Assembly: GCA_963796275.1 (NCBI GenBank)
Contig: CAWCKY010000006.1
Span: 1,088,001-1,152,000, forward strand
DNA: 64,000 nucleotides
Reading direction: 5' to 3'
Origin: an uncultured Acidobacteriota bacterium
Lineage (GTDB): Bacteria > Acidobacteriota > Blastocatellia > RBC074
Under the pieces are notes generated by a model. That model was not told the DNA's origin and made no database searches. It saw only the letters and a list, made by a program, of their open reading frames with translations. Positions within the stretch are counted from its first letter, which is position 1. Every line of letters begins with the position of its first letter. Below, one piece after another: positions 32,012 to 43,380 of this stretch. The position numbers and the translations under genes are program-made.

Positions 32012-34603
32012 ATGAAAACAAGTACTGCCATTCATCGGATTCTCACAGTTGGTCTCGTCCTCTGCCTGCTTTTGCCTGGGGTTGCGCTGGCGAAAGGGAA
32101 GGGCAAGAAAAATTTCAATGAGGGGAAGAAATACGAACAACTGCAGCAGTGGGATGCCGCTGCTCAGCAATTCGCTCTGGCCGTCAGCGCCGAGCCGAAT
32201 AACGCCGAGTATAAGCTGCATTACATCCAATCGCTGCAGAAGGCGTCGCTTATGTTCCTCAAGCGGGGCGATGACTTTGCCGAGCAGAGCGATTTCGATG
32301 GCGCATACAACGCATATCGTTATGCCTATCAATATGACCAGGGCAATGAGATTGCGCGTCTGAAGATGGGGCGCATGATGGAGCAGCAGAAACAGGTGGC
32401 CAGCGGCAACACCTCGTTCACCACCAACAAGGTTGGGAACGTGATGAACACCGGCGGCGAGCTTCCGATTGCGAACAAGCCGAGAGGCCGCGATCTGGTG
32501 CAGGGCATCCATTTTGCCAAAGGATCGAAGTTCAAGACCGTGGTATCGAATCTCGGGAAACAACTCGAGCTCAATGTCGTATACGACGATTCGGTCAAGG
32601 ATTCGCAGGTGGTCGACACCGTAGATTTAAATAACGTGACGATGGCCAAGGCGCTGGACATCATACTGAGGACATACAAGTTCTCGTTCGAACTGGTCGA
32701 CCGCCGCACTATCCTCGTATACGCGGACAATGGGACCAACCGTCCGCGCTTTGAAACCCTGATGGTCAAGACTTTCTATCTGGGAAATGTGACGGCCAAT
32801 CAGGCGCGCGCGGCGCTGCAGATAGTGCTTCCTCCGGGGCGCACGATGGCTCCTTTGGATTCGGGCGCCAACAGCACCGGCGGCAACGTGCTGGTCATAA
32901 AAGCCACGGCGACGGAGTTGCAACTCGTCCAGGATGTCATCGATTCTCTCGATAAGAACAAGAACGAGGTCGTCCTCGATGTCGAGATATATGAGGTTTC
33001 GAAGGACAAAACTACGGAGATCGGAAACCAGATTCCGACCACCAGCGACAATGGCTACTCGCTCAGCAACCTCGGCGGTGTTGGAAGTTACCTGGCGGGT
33101 AGTGGGGGCTCCAGCTTGGTCGGGACCGCGATCGGTACTTCGGGCGGACTCTTCGCGCTGCCGATCACACAACTCAGGTTGTTGCAATCGAAAGGCGATA
33201 ACAAGCTGCTGTACAAGACCCAGATACACGTCCTGGACGGTCAGGAGAATGAGACCGTGGTCGGAAACAGCGTCCCGGTTAGAACCGGATCGACCTACCC
33301 GGGTGGATTTTTCGGCGGTGGGATACCGGGTCAAACGAATAATAACAATGGCCTCGCTAATGGCCTGGGCAATCTTCTGGGTGGTGGCGGCGGATTCGGC
33401 ACGGGAGTCATCGACAATATTCAGTACAAAGATGTTGGATTGACGATTAAATCCAAGCCGACTGTTACGAACGAGGGTTACGTCGAGCTCAAAATGGATT
33501 TTGAGACATCGGATATACAATCGACCGGATCCGATGCGTTGCTGCCGGCCTTCACGAAACGGCAGCTCAAATCTGTAACGCGTATTCAAGATGGCGTGAC
33601 TTCGGTTGTGGCGGGTATAAATCAGGATACGGATCGTAAAAATGTGGCGGGGGTGCCGATCGTTTCAATGATTCCGTTTCTCGGCCGCTTTGTTTCGGCT
33701 CCGAGGAATCAGAACAATCAATCCGATATAATTATCACCGTCACTCCGCACATCATTCGCTCGGCGGGGATCAACGAGAAGGATCACCTGGCGCGAGCGG
33801 CCGGTCTGCAGCAGGCCGGGCCTGGTCCGAGCGTAGAGGAAGTGGTCTACCGCGCTCAGCAGGAGGAGGAGCAGGATCGCCGCCAGATCGCGCAGCAGAT
33901 TCCGCAGCCCGCGCCTCTCAATCCGTCAGTGCCGCAGACGACCGAGGCGGCATTCACCCAGCCTCAGCGGACCGCGACACAGCAGACTTACCAACCGGTG
34001 AGCAATACCAATCCTGTCAGGACGCAGAATGTGGCGAACGCGCAGCCGATCAATCCGTCTGTCCCGTCCGCCGCCAATGGACCAGTTCAACAGGTTGATT
34101 TACTGAGCAGCGTTCTGCAGCCGAAAACGCCTCCGAATATTCCCGGCGTCACGGATGCGCGCGGCAATTCAGCGGTTACTTTGAGCCTCTCGCCGAAACC
34201 GATTCGCCAGCAACCTGGTAAGTCGTTCACCGTGGGTGTCGAAGTCAGCAGCCAGGCGCGGATGATGGGCGCGAACATCGCGATCAGCTTCGATCCGGCG
34301 AAACTTAGACTCAAGAATGTAAGAGATGGCGGGATGTTCGGCGCGCAGCCGGATCCGACATACGAAGTCGAAAAGGGCAATCTGATTGTGAAGTTCAAAT
34401 CACCGCAATCCGCACCGGCAGTAGCCTCAAGCGGGCGTATGATTCTGCTTGAGTTTGCCGCTATCGCGGAAGGCTCATCAGAGATCGCTTTCAATCAGAC
34501 GGCCACCCAGATAACCATGGTGGGCAACGCAAATGCCAAGACCGTCGCCAACCCGACGCAGGTCATCATATCTCGTGATGGGGGAGCGACCGTTTCACAG
34601 TGA
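32012..34603 (+). CDS. Secretin (GspD/PilQ-like) with N-terminal TPR and C-terminal cohesin-like domain
   Basis: Signal peptide, TPR-like helices, N3 domain, EVVLDVEIYEV, YKDVGL, VPIVSMIPFLGRF and IIITVTPHIIR, then a Gln/Pro linker and an ISFDPAKL-containing beta sandwich. Confidence 0.9.
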   Translation: MKTSTAIHRILTVGLVLCLLLPGVALAKGKGKKNFNEGKKYEQLQQWDAAAQQFALAVSAEPNNAEYKLHYIQSLQKASLMFLKRGDDFAEQSDFDGAYNAYRYAYQYDQGNEIARLKMGRMMEQQKQVASGNTSFTTNKVGNVMNTGGELPIANKPRGRDLVQGIHFAKGSKFKTVVSNLGKQLELNVVYDDSVKDSQVVDTVDLNNVTMAKALDIILRTYKFSFELVDRRTILVYADNGTNRPRFETLMVKTFYLGNVTANQARAALQIVLPPGRTMAPLDSGANSTGGNVLVIKATATELQLVQDVIDSLDKNKNEVVLDVEIYEVSKDKTTEIGNQIPTTSDNGYSLSNLGGVGSYLAGSGGSSLVGTAIGTSGGLFALPITQLRLLQSKGDNKLLYKTQIHVLDGQENETVVGNSVPVRTGSTYPGGFFGGGIPGQTNNNNGLANGLGNLLGGGGGFGTGVIDNIQYKDVGLTIKSKPTVTNEGYVELKMDFETSDIQSTGSDALLPAFTKRQLKSVTRIQDGVTSVVAGINQDTDRKNVAGVPIVSMIPFLGRFVSAPRNQNNQSDIIITVTPHIIRSAGINEKDHLARAAGLQQAGPGPSVEEVVYRAQQEEEQDRRQIAQQIPQPAPLNPSVPQTTEAAFTQPQRTATQQTYQPVSNTNPVRTQNVANAQPINPSVPSAANGPVQQVDLLSSVLQPKTPPNIPGVTDARGNSAVTLSLSPKPIRQQPGKSFTVGVEVSSQARMMGANIAISFDPAKLRLKNVRDGGMFGAQPDPTYEVEKGNLIVKFKSPQSAPAVASSGRMILLEFAAIAEGSSEIAFNQTATQITMVGNANAKTVANPTQVIISRDGGATVSQ

Positions 34604-34609
34604 TTAGCA

Positions 34610-35179
34610 ATGACTGACAGAGGCTTAAAATCTGTGGTTTTAAGTGAGATGAAATCAGGCAGTGGAGAGATTCCACTGCCTGATTCATATGGGGCTCTTC
34701 TTACGGGTCAACGGGAAGCCGGCTTCACGTTGCTGGAGTTGATCATCACACTGGCCATCATATCGATTCTGGCCGCGAGCACGATTCCGATCGCTCGTAA
34801 TGTGATAAAACGCAACAAGGAGATGGAATTGCGTCGCAACCTGCGCGAAATGCGCATGGCGATCGACAACTACAATGCCGCTTGCAGAACGCCGCCCGGA
34901 TTCAGCAAGTTCGAGACGAATGAGGAAGAGCAACAATGCTATCCGAAGGACCTGGAAGTCCTGGTCAAAGGAGTCAAAGCGGCGGGAGCGGTCGACAAGA
35001 CTTTCCGGTTCCTGCGGCGCATTCCGAACGATCCCTTAACCGGAAAACCGGATTGGGGATTTCGTTCAATCGAGGACGATCCGGAATCGAGCTCATGGGA
35101 CGGAAAACACGTCTGGGACGTCTTCAGCAACGCACCTGGCACCGCACTGGACGGAAAGACGAAATACAAGGATTTCTAG
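34610..35179 (+). CDS. Prepilin-type pseudopilin (GspG-like)
   Basis: GFTLLELII cleavage/methylation motif; YPKDLEVLVKG and FLRRIPNDP. Confidence 0.88.
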   Translation: MTDRGLKSVVLSEMKSGSGEIPLPDSYGALLTGQREAGFTLLELIITLAIISILAASTIPIARNVIKRNKEMELRRNLREMRMAIDNYNAACRTPPGFSKFETNEEEQQCYPKDLEVLVKGVKAAGAVDKTFRFLRRIPNDPLTGKPDWGFRSIEDDPESSSWDGKHVWDVFSNAPGTALDGKTKYKDF

Positions 35180-35181
35180 CG

Positions 35182-35595
35182 ATGATTTCCAGATCGAAGA
35201 CAGATGATCAAAAATCTCGTGTCGAACGGGGCTTCACTTTTATGGAGCTGCTGATCGTGATGGTCATCATAGGGATTCTCTCGGCCGTGGCCATCCCAAT
35301 TTATATCACTCACGTCCAGCGAGCCAGAGAGGTGACATTGCAGCAGAACCTGTGGGTGATGCGCAACGCTATCGACCAGTTTACGACCGATAAGGAGAAA
35401 GCGCCGAGCAACCTGGACGAACTGGTATCGGCCAGGTATTTACGAGAGATACCCAAGGACCCCGTTTGCCCCGAGTGTTCGTGGAACGCGATCCCGGCAG
35501 AGTCGGACGATCTCAATGTCTCCGGCGGGATCGGCAATGTGAAAAGTTCGGCTGAAGGCACGGATTCAAGCGGAAAGGCATATTCGGAATACTGA
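35182..35595 (+). CDS. Prepilin-type pseudopilin (GspG-like)
   Basis: Start MISRSK (35182); GFTFMELLIV, AIDQF and YLREIPKDP. Confidence 0.88.
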   Translation: MISRSKTDDQKSRVERGFTFMELLIVMVIIGILSAVAIPIYITHVQRAREVTLQQNLWVMRNAIDQFTTDKEKAPSNLDELVSARYLREIPKDPVCPECSWNAIPAESDDLNVSGGIGNVKSSAEGTDSSGKAYSEY

Positions 35596-35718
35596 AGACC
35601 TGGTTGAATGGGCGAAAGAGCGAAGGGGCGAAAGACAGATTACAGCGAGATTAGGGCATCTTCACATGCTTCCGAGTAAATACGGTAAATACGGACATTT
35701 TCTTATCGGGCGCAAACC

Positions 35719-36672
35719 ATGAAACAAATTCCGATCTTAGCTAACGTCTGGAACTATATGGCTGCCCCGAATCTTCCCGGGACTTCGGTTGCGGTCAGCG
35801 AGACGCATCTCTCATTGATCGCCTTACGGTATCGTAAGGGGGAGTTCGAACTGCAAAATCTCGGCGTACTTCGTCTCTCGCCCGGCCTCATCAATGCGAG
35901 TTTCACTGAACCGAATGTTGCCGATGAGAAAGCGGTGATCGAACTTCTAAAACGAACGTCGACGCAAGCCGGCATGGATCGGGTGAAAGCTCTGAGCGCA
36001 TCTTTACCTGCCGGGAGCGCGCGCAGCATCGTGTTCTCGCTCGAGAACGTTCCGACTAATCGATCGGAACTCGCGCAGATACTTGAATGGAAGACCGAGC
36101 GTAGTCTGGGGCACAAGGTCAGCGACCTCAGAGTCAGCTACAGACGACTGAAAGATTCGAATGGACGTTCGCAATGGATGGTCTCTGCCGCTCATCAGGA
36201 CGTTATCGCGCAGTACGAGAGGATTTTCGCGGCCCTGGGCTGGCAGGTAGGTTTGATTGTGCCACAACATTTGGGCGAGGCTCAGTGGTTGTTGCGATCG
36301 GGAATCGAGGAGGATCAGGTGGTTCTCAGCTTGAATCCGAGGGGATTCGATGCAGTGATCGTTCGGGGAAATGAACCTCTGCTGGTGCGCGAAGTCGTCT
36401 GCCCGATGGAAGAGCGCGAGGATGAATTCTATCGCCTCATGGTATTCTATCGTGACCGATTATTGCCGGAGACATCCGCCGTGCCTCTCAACCGAATGTT
36501 GACGATCGGCGACCCGGGGGAACAGAAAAAATTTGGAGATTTGTTGTCATCGGCATTAGAAAAGGATACAGTTTCCCTCGCACCACAGGAGATAGGGTTA
36601 AGGTTGGACCCGAGAGCTCCGTTCAATCATTTCGCGGCGGCGGGTGGACTGGCAACCATGGGCTGGAGATAA
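35719..36672 (+). CDS. PilM/GspL-like actin-fold assembly protein
   Basis: Follows the pseudopilins; LSPGLINASFTEPNV and ILEWKTERSL resemble PilM-like proteins. Confidence 0.65.
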   Translation: MKQIPILANVWNYMAAPNLPGTSVAVSETHLSLIALRYRKGEFELQNLGVLRLSPGLINASFTEPNVADEKAVIELLKRTSTQAGMDRVKALSASLPAGSARSIVFSLENVPTNRSELAQILEWKTERSLGHKVSDLRVSYRRLKDSNGRSQWMVSAAHQDVIAQYERIFAALGWQVGLIVPQHLGEAQWLLRSGIEEDQVVLSLNPRGFDAVIVRGNEPLLVREVVCPMEEREDEFYRLMVFYRDRLLPETSAVPLNRMLTIGDPGEQKKFGDLLSSALEKDTVSLAPQEIGLRLDPRAPFNHFAAAGGLATMGWR

Positions 36673-36894
36673 GAAAACAGTTGGACAGATTGTCCGATAA
36701 TAAGTAAACTACTCTCTTACTTGACTTTATTTTTTGAGTTCTGATGCATCTAAAACGGGCGCGATTAACGTAAACTAGATTAAGCACAGAAATGGAAGAC
36801 AAAGATTCTCACGGTCAACGAACCGACTCTTACTGTGCCATGACTCAAAAGTTCTTGAGGATGCCTTTTTAAAATTGGAGATTAATATCTCAGT

Positions 36895-37725
36895 ATGACC
36901 TGGGATGAAATTAAAGAATTAGGTCCCCTGTATGCGCTCGGCGCTGTGGATGATGATACGGCACGCGGCATAGAGGATTTTCTCCTCGAAGCCACGCCGG
37001 AACAGCAGCACGAGATAAGCGAGTTACGTGAGGTGGCGGCATTAATTCCCCTGGGGCTGCCTCTCGCAACCGTCCCTGAAATCGTCAGGGATAGACTTTT
37101 TGTCCGGATTTCCGCAGAGGCACAGTCGTCGTTAACCGATTCAGAGGAAACGCGGTCAGAGTTACAGGTAAATGGATCGGCAGAGCCTTACGAAGAATCC
37201 GCGAAGGTCTTGGCTTTCACGCATGCACCGCGAAAAGAGGCCAGTGCGACACGGTGGTTGCTGCTTGCCGCGACAGTTTTATTGACGTTTTCGAGCGGCT
37301 ACCTCTTATGGCGAAACTACGAGCTTCATAATGAGAACAGTAAGCTGGCGCGGGAAAATGAAAGGGTGAGAAGCGAGGTCAGGGAGATCGTCAGTCCAGC
37401 GACAAAGATCGTTATGATGGCGGGTAAAGAAACCCCGCAAGCGAGCGCCAAGGTGGTATGGGATACCAACCGTCAGACCTGGGTAATCTACATCTTCAAT
37501 CTGCCGCCGCCGCCGACCGATAAGCAATACCAGCTGTGGTATGTGAAGGGTGACGCCAAGATCAGCGCGGCAGTTTTCGATACCGATCCGTTGGGCGAGA
37601 AGATTTTGAAATTGGAATTGCCACCGGATGTCGTGAACGGTCTTGCTGCGACCGCCATCACATTGGAACCAAGAGGCGGTTCGCAACAGCCGACCAGTAA
37701 TTTATACCTCGTTGGCGCAATTTAA
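36895..37725 (+). CDS. RskA-family anti-sigma factor
   Basis: ELGPLYALGA N-terminal domain, one TM segment, and C-terminal LPPPPTDKQYQLW...AITLEPRGGSQQPT. Confidence 0.88.
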   Translation: MTWDEIKELGPLYALGAVDDDTARGIEDFLLEATPEQQHEISELREVAALIPLGLPLATVPEIVRDRLFVRISAEAQSSLTDSEETRSELQVNGSAEPYEESAKVLAFTHAPRKEASATRWLLLAATVLLTFSSGYLLWRNYELHNENSKLARENERVRSEVREIVSPATKIVMMAGKETPQASAKVVWDTNRQTWVIYIFNLPPPPTDKQYQLWYVKGDAKISAAVFDTDPLGEKILKLELPPDVVNGLAATAITLEPRGGSQQPTSNLYLVGAI

Positions 37726-37877
37726 TAATAGAGCCAATACATCATTCGGCTCACCGAGCGAAACAAGCGAAATGATCTCATATTGCTTGTTTCGCTCTTT
37801 TAGTATTACGGTCTTTCACGCTAGAGAATCGTGCTCTTCGGTATTTCTTATTCGGTTAGCTCTTCAGCGCATCATTT

Positions 37878-38288
37878 TCAACCGATGAAACGCTTTACAT
37901 ATTCGTAATAAGCGCGGCGTCCACCTCTTTTCTGCCAAAATTGAATCGATTTGTGGATTCGCTTCAGGCAGGCGATGGCCTCTTCCCCTGTAATTGGCGT
38001 TATCGCCGCATCTATTTCACGTCCGTCTTCATCCGTCATTTTTCCTCGACCAGATAGCCAATAGCAAACAGCCCTGGCGCTGTCGAACGCCTCCTGCTCG
38101 TGCGGTTGAAACTCCGGTATCGCCGCGGTGCGTCCTTGCGATTCCGCTGTAAGTATCTTGATCAATATCTCGATCACAAAAATCGAGGAATGATCTGTCA
38201 TCTTCGGATGCTCATCATAAACCGGCAGGAGCACGCCTTCGATATTCAGCAATGCATCTCGGTAGCGATCTTCAAAATCTTCTTCCAT
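37878..38288 (-). CDS. Conserved hypothetical helical protein
   Basis: Start MEEDFED (38288); CLKRIHKSIQFWQKRGGRRAYYEYV; 10 nt downstream of the methyltransferase. Confidence 0.65.
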   Translation of the reverse strand: MEEDFEDRYRDALLNIEGVLLPVYDEHPKMTDHSSIFVIEILIKILTAESQGRTAAIPEFQPHEQEAFDSARAVCYWLSGRGKMTDEDGREIDAAITPITGEEAIACLKRIHKSIQFWQKRGGRRAYYEYVKRFIG

Positions 38289-38298
38289 TATGCTCTTT

Positions 38299-39315
38299 TC
38301 ATTTGTAAGAAATGACGACCTTTTGCAGCGTCGGAGGCAAGGGATGTAGTTCGCTCTTCTTGAAACCGGCATTAGCGAACATCTTTTCGAGTTCGGCGAA
38401 TGTATAGGCATCGCCTGCCGGGGTCGATGCCAGCATGGTCATCGAAAATGATGCGGCGGGTGGTGGCGTCACCCGGTCTTCATTCGGGATGAATTCCAGC
38501 GTCACGACGCGCGCGCCGTCATTCATGGCCGCGTAGATTCGTGCGAGCAGCCGCTCATTTGTTTTTACATCGAAGTGATGCAGGAAATTGGTCAGCAGCA
38601 CCAGGTCAAACCCATCACCGAAATCGACATCAAAAGCGCTACCCGGCAACAGGCGATACCTGTCGATGACGCCAAATTTTTGCGCGTTCTCTCGAGCTAC
38701 TTCAAGCACGGGGGCCCAGTCCTGTGCCACCACTTCGACGTTAGGGGATTGCTGCGCGATGGTGATGCCGAAGAGGCCATGGCTGGCGGCGATATCGAGT
38801 ACTTTGATTTGGCGGTTCTTATCTATTCCGATGAGCTGCGCGATCTGCTGTGCGGGGAGTCCCATCAACGGCATCATATCTCGCGCAAAACGGACCCATA
38901 CCGGATTTTCATACGACACGCTGCCTTCTTCGCTGAAGATAGCTCCGCCCTTACGCACAATTTCGGCCACATTTTTAAAGGCCTCGTACATAGTCGGTGC
39001 GAGCAGGAAGTTAATTGCATTGCCTAGGTAAACGGTTGAACGGCGATCGAGGAAGAAGGCCGAATCCGGCGTCAGGGCATAGCTGTCGGCTTCTTTCGTC
39101 AGAAAGCCGAGAATCGTGAGGTAATCGCAGAGTATGCGCATACCCCGTTCCGATGCGTTGCATTTCTCGGCCAGGGCTGTCGCCGACGTATTGCCCTCGG
39201 CGATCGCCGTGAACACGTCTAGTTCGATTGCGCCTTTTATGACCTCAGTTTGTTGGAATGCGTTGATGGTCCTGAAGAAAAGTTCGGGGGATGGCATTGC
39301 GGCTTGGTTACTCAT
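38299..39315 (-). CDS. SAM-dependent O-methyltransferase with dimerisation domain
   Basis: AIELDVF N-terminal HTH-like domain; [15 protein letters not shown] and NFLHHF. Confidence 0.88.
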   Translation of the reverse strand: MSNQAAMPSPELFFRTINAFQQTEVIKGAIELDVFTAIAEGNTSATALAEKCNASERGMRILCDYLTILGFLTKEADSYALTPDSAFFLDRRSTVYLGNAINFLLAPTMYEAFKNVAEIVRKGGAIFSEEGSVSYENPVWVRFARDMMPLMGLPAQQIAQLIGIDKNRQIKVLDIAASHGLFGITIAQQSPNVEVVAQDWAPVLEVARENAQKFGVIDRYRLLPGSAFDVDFGDGFDLVLLTNFLHHFDVKTNERLLARIYAAMNDGARVVTLEFIPNEDRVTPPPAASFSMTMLASTPAGDAYTFAELEKMFANAGFKKSELHPLPPTLQKVVISYK

Positions 39316-39480
39316 ATTTTCACTCCAATCTGGATCGACCTTAATGCTTTTAGGTGCCGGTTGCAATGAAAAATTCGAAGAGAAAAGCGGAGCAAACGAA
39401 ACCGGCGAGACAAACGAAAGTGTGATTTATTCGTTTGCCTCGCTGTAGGTATCGCGCGTTACGTATTTTTAGCTTCGCGT

Positions 39481-42400
39481 TTAGAAGTGGAACTTCAGCG
39501 CAAACTGGATTATCCGCGGATCAAAAGTGCTGGATACCCGGCCGAAAGCGCCGCTGCGACGATCGACCGTGGGTGCGCCGAAATTTGTCTTATTGAAGAG
39601 ATTGAAGAACTCGGTGCGGAACTCGAGCCTTGATGACTCGTTGATGAAGCGGAAGGGGAAGTTCTTCTGAATTCCGAAATCGACCTGATAGAACGGAAAT
39701 CCGTATACGGCGTTGCGTCCGATGTTGCCGAAGGGTTGATCGCGGGTCGGAATCGCGATATTGGGCGCGTTGAAATAATAATCGTATCGCTCCAGTCCGA
39801 GAGCCTGGCGCTGATCAGCGGTCGAGAGTATCCCACCATCCGGGCCAAGGTTCGGGCGCAATGCAACGCCGCCGAGGAAATCGGGTTGATTGTCCGACAC
39901 GCGGCCGTCGGTATCGCCGTAACGCAGATTCAAGGGCTGGCCGCTCGTCAGTGTGATCGTGCTGCTGGCGACCCAGCCTCCGATGATGAAATCGAGGACC
40001 GGCGGCAGATTGATATTTCGACCTTTGCCCGCCGGCACATCCCATACGACGCTCGTCGTGTTGTTGAAGCGCTGATCGAACGATGATGGGCCTTTGTCGT
40101 TACTTACATCATATAAGTTCTGTGGCGTCGGCGCTCCGCCGTTGCTCACTTCCAACACCTGCGATGAATTATCGATAGCCTTCGAATAAGTGAAGGAGTT
40201 GAGCAATTGTAGCGTTCTGCCGCGATGCTCGACCTTGATCTGAAGCGCATTGTAATTCGAAAAACCAGTGGGAAGCGACGATGTGATATTGCCCGCGGGC
40301 ACGAGGCCGAAGCCGGGGACCGTAACGCCCTGAATCGGGCGGCGCTCGAGCAGCGTAGGTTGACGTACTCCCGGCAGAAGTTCCGCTTGAGTCAATGGCC
40401 GTGCCTGATTGAGATCGGCCAGTTGTGGCAGCTTGATTGCGCGATTGCCCGCGTAACCCACATCAATCAAAATGTTGCGAGTGATCTGATGCTGGATGGT
40501 CAAGTGCCAATTCTGTACGTAACTCCACGGAAAGTCGCGCGGCATGTACAGGATCACGCTGCCGGGGCTGGTCAGGAGGTTGTCCGGATATCCGTCCTGT
40601 GTGCGGCGAAAACATCCGGTAAAGTTATTGCCCGTGCAAATATTCCCGATCTGGGAACGATCGTTTTGAACGGAAGCGCGCGTGACGAACGGCGCGTTGG
40701 TATTGAGCAGTTCCGCCGAGGCCATGCGGTTCCAGTAATTGTAACCGATGGCATAACCCGCGCGGATGACCGTTTTGTTGCGCAGCTGATAGGCAAGTCC
40801 GATTCGCGGAGCAAAGTTGTTTTTATCGAGGTTCCGCAGAGCCCGTTCGGAGATCGAGCCGTCACTCGCAAGGATGATTTCCCGCGTCTCCGGATCGAAA
40901 TTCGCCAGGTTGTCGTCAGCGTCATAGACGGGCGTCACCAGTTCGTATCGCAATCCCGCATTGATCGTCAGCTTCGGATTCAATTTGAAATCGTCCTGAA
41001 CATACCAGTAATGAAACCGCTGGCGCATTTGGGCGATGAATTGTGTCGCGAATTGGTATTGGCTGCGGGCACCGAAGTAGAAATCGGCCAGAGCGTAATT
41101 CACGGCCGGGGCCATTCCCACTCCCGGACGGCTGAATCCTCCGCCATACAGATCGAGGCCGTAGAGCGGGTTGGTGTCATCGACGTCCTGATTGAGCGCC
41201 AGATATTCGTAACCTGTCTTCAGGCTGTGGCGCCCAAGTAGCTTGCTGTAGTTGACGCGCGAATTGATGGTTGTGGGGAATTGCGATTGCGGATTGGTCG
41301 ATTGGCGGCCGATGCGCGAAAAGCCCGGAATATCCTGCGGCGTGACGCCGCCCTGTACGCGCGGTCCTTCCGGCAACCCGGTGATACCAAACAAATCGTT
41401 CATACTCGGCCCGCCGACAAGCGCGGGCAATCGGTCCATCCCCAGGCGACTCACGGCGAACCGGTAGTCGAGAGCGGAGTCATTGGATACTATATAGGTT
41501 ACACCAGCTATCCCTTGCTGGTTATAGGTCACCAGATTTCCGATCGCGTTTCCGCCCGAGAAACCAGTAATCAGACCCGGCTGTTCGATTGTCTGGCGGC
41601 GATGGGAATAACGAGCGAAGCCCGTCAGTTTCTCGGTGAATTTGTGATCGAGTTTGAGCGCGCCCTTGTCTTCCAACAATCGGTTGCGCGCGAAGCCTCC
41701 GAAATTACTGCCAACCGTACGATTGGGCGCGGGAAGATTTTCCAGTACCGTCCTGGCGAAGCTGGTCATCGGAACCGGCGTCCCTTCCGGATAGAGAGTA
41801 CCCGCACGTATGAGCGCGCCGTTTGAATCGATGAAGTCGTATGGCACGACGACATCTGCCCGGACCGTTGGATCTGATGATCTGAGAATACCTCGTCGCT
41901 GATCGAGCGATGGGATGGTTGCCAGCTGGAACGGGCTTTGGATCCATCGTGAGCCTTCGTAATCGAGAAAGAAGAAGGTGCGGTCTTTGAAAACCGGCCC
42001 GCCGAAGACGAAACCGAACTGGTTACGATTGACCTGTGGTTTGCGGCCATCGGGCGGCCTGAAAAAGCCTGTCGCATTGAGAGCGGTGTTCTGAAGGTAA
42101 TCCCATACTGCTCCGTGAAACTGATTGGTTCCGGATCGCGTCGAGACGTTCATCACCGCTCCACCCGTGCGGCCGTATTCGGCGCTGTAAGAATTGACCG
42201 ACATCCTGAATTCGGCTACCGAATCGGGCGAGGGTTGAGCCGCCTGATTCGAGAAGCCCTGATTCGTCGTGCCATAAAAATTGTTATCGATGCCGTCGAT
42301 CAGGAAGTTGTTGTACACGCTGCGCAGACCATTGACGTTGTATGAGCCTTCGCGGCGGAATGAGATGTCGCCCTGATTGCCCGATTGCGATTGGCGCACA

Positions 42401-42915
42401 CCCGGAACGAGGAGCGCGAGATTCGAATAGGTTCGCCCGATGACGGGAAGATTGACGATCTGTCGCTGGTTGATGACCTGGCCCTTCGAACTCGAGTCGG
42501 TTTCAAGCAGCGGGGCGGTGTCGGTGATCGTCACCATCTCGCTGGCGGCGCCGACTTGCATGGTCAAATCGACGCGCTGCCGCGCTTCCACGGTAACTGT
42601 TACCTGCTCGATGACGGCAGTGGCAAAACCCGTCAACTCCGATGTCACACGATAATTCCCAATCTTCACTGAGGAGAAAAGGAAATCGCCGTTTTCGTCC
42701 GTGAGCGTGGTAGAGGTGATTCCGGTGGCTATATTTTTTAGCGTAACCGTTGCGCCCTGCAGCAACGCGCGGTTTTGATCGCGCACCGTTCCGAGCACGG
42801 TAGCCGTTTCAAATTGCCCATATGCGTTTTCAGCGCCGGCTGTGAAGAACAGGCCGAGTGTGAAGATTATCGGAAAGAGAACAGTAAAAAGATTTGATGA
42901 CCGGTCCGGTCCCAT
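39481..42915 (-). CDS. TonB-dependent receptor, Oar-like with carboxypeptidase-regulatory N-terminal domain
   Basis: GTVRDQ..ATVTL, YSAEYGRTGG, YVQDDFKL, NFAPRIG, EFFNLFN and C-terminal PRIIQFALKFHF. Confidence 0.93.
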   Translation of the reverse strand: MGPDRSSNLFTVLFPIIFTLGLFFTAGAENAYGQFETATVLGTVRDQNRALLQGATVTLKNIATGITSTTLTDENGDFLFSSVKIGNYRVTSELTGFATAVIEQVTVTVEARQRVDLTMQVGAASEMVTITDTAPLLETDSSSKGQVINQRQIVNLPVIGRTYSNLALLVPGVRQSQSGNQGDISFRREGSYNVNGLRSVYNNFLIDGIDNNFYGTTNQGFSNQAAQPSPDSVAEFRMSVNSYSAEYGRTGGAVMNVSTRSGTNQFHGAVWDYLQNTALNATGFFRPPDGRKPQVNRNQFGFVFGGPVFKDRTFFFLDYEGSRWIQSPFQLATIPSLDQRRGILRSSDPTVRADVVVPYDFIDSNGALIRAGTLYPEGTPVPMTSFARTVLENLPAPNRTVGSNFGGFARNRLLEDKGALKLDHKFTEKLTGFARYSHRRQTIEQPGLITGFSGGNAIGNLVTYNQQGIAGVTYIVSNDSALDYRFAVSRLGMDRLPALVGGPSMNDLFGITGLPEGPRVQGGVTPQDIPGFSRIGRQSTNPQSQFPTTINSRVNYSKLLGRHSLKTGYEYLALNQDVDDTNPLYGLDLYGGGFSRPGVGMAPAVNYALADFYFGARSQYQFATQFIAQMRQRFHYWYVQDDFKLNPKLTINAGLRYELVTPVYDADDNLANFDPETREIILASDGSISERALRNLDKNNFAPRIGLAYQLRNKTVIRAGYAIGYNYWNRMASAELLNTNAPFVTRASVQNDRSQIGNICTGNNFTGCFRRTQDGYPDNLLTSPGSVILYMPRDFPWSYVQNWHLTIQHQITRNILIDVGYAGNRAIKLPQLADLNQARPLTQAELLPGVRQPTLLERRPIQGVTVPGFGLVPAGNITSSLPTGFSNYNALQIKVEHRGRTLQLLNSFTYSKAIDNSSQVLEVSNGGAPTPQNLYDVSNDKGPSSFDQRFNNTTSVVWDVPAGKGRNINLPPVLDFIIGGWVASSTITLTSGQPLNLRYGDTDGRVSDNQPDFLGGVALRPNLGPDGGILSTADQRQALGLERYDYYFNAPNIAIPTRDQPFGNIGRNAVYGFPFYQVDFGIQKNFPFRFINESSRLEFRTEFFNLFNKTNFGAPTVDRRSGAFGRVSSTFDPRIIQFALKFHF

Positions 42916-43380
42916 TTATCCCTCCATGGTTTTTGTTCGTATGGATTTGATTGTCGTTTAATTTAATTAGCTAATCAGAATATTTCATGGCCGTTATGTT
43001 TGGCTTAGCAAAACTTCAACTCGATGTTAAATGCTGTCTCGGCGGCACTATAAAAGCAAAAAAAAGAAAAATCATCAACAAAGACAAAAATTTTTGCCCC
43101 GTTTGCCATTTTCGCCCGTTTTGCTCGGTGGAGAGCACAGAGCGGTAGTTTCGTTTGAAATTACTTTTAGCGAGCGTAGTTTGCAGATTTGGTGGTAGAA
43201 TTCGGAACACGAAACAAACGAAAATAAGATAGACGAGACAGACGAACGAAAAACACCTACCATTTTCGTTTATACCGTATTTTTCGTTTCTATCGTATTC
43301 TCTCTTTATTCTTCATCGGCGATTGCGGTCTGATCGCTTAAACGTTCATCAAATCTATCAACAATAAGGGAGGAAGCTCT

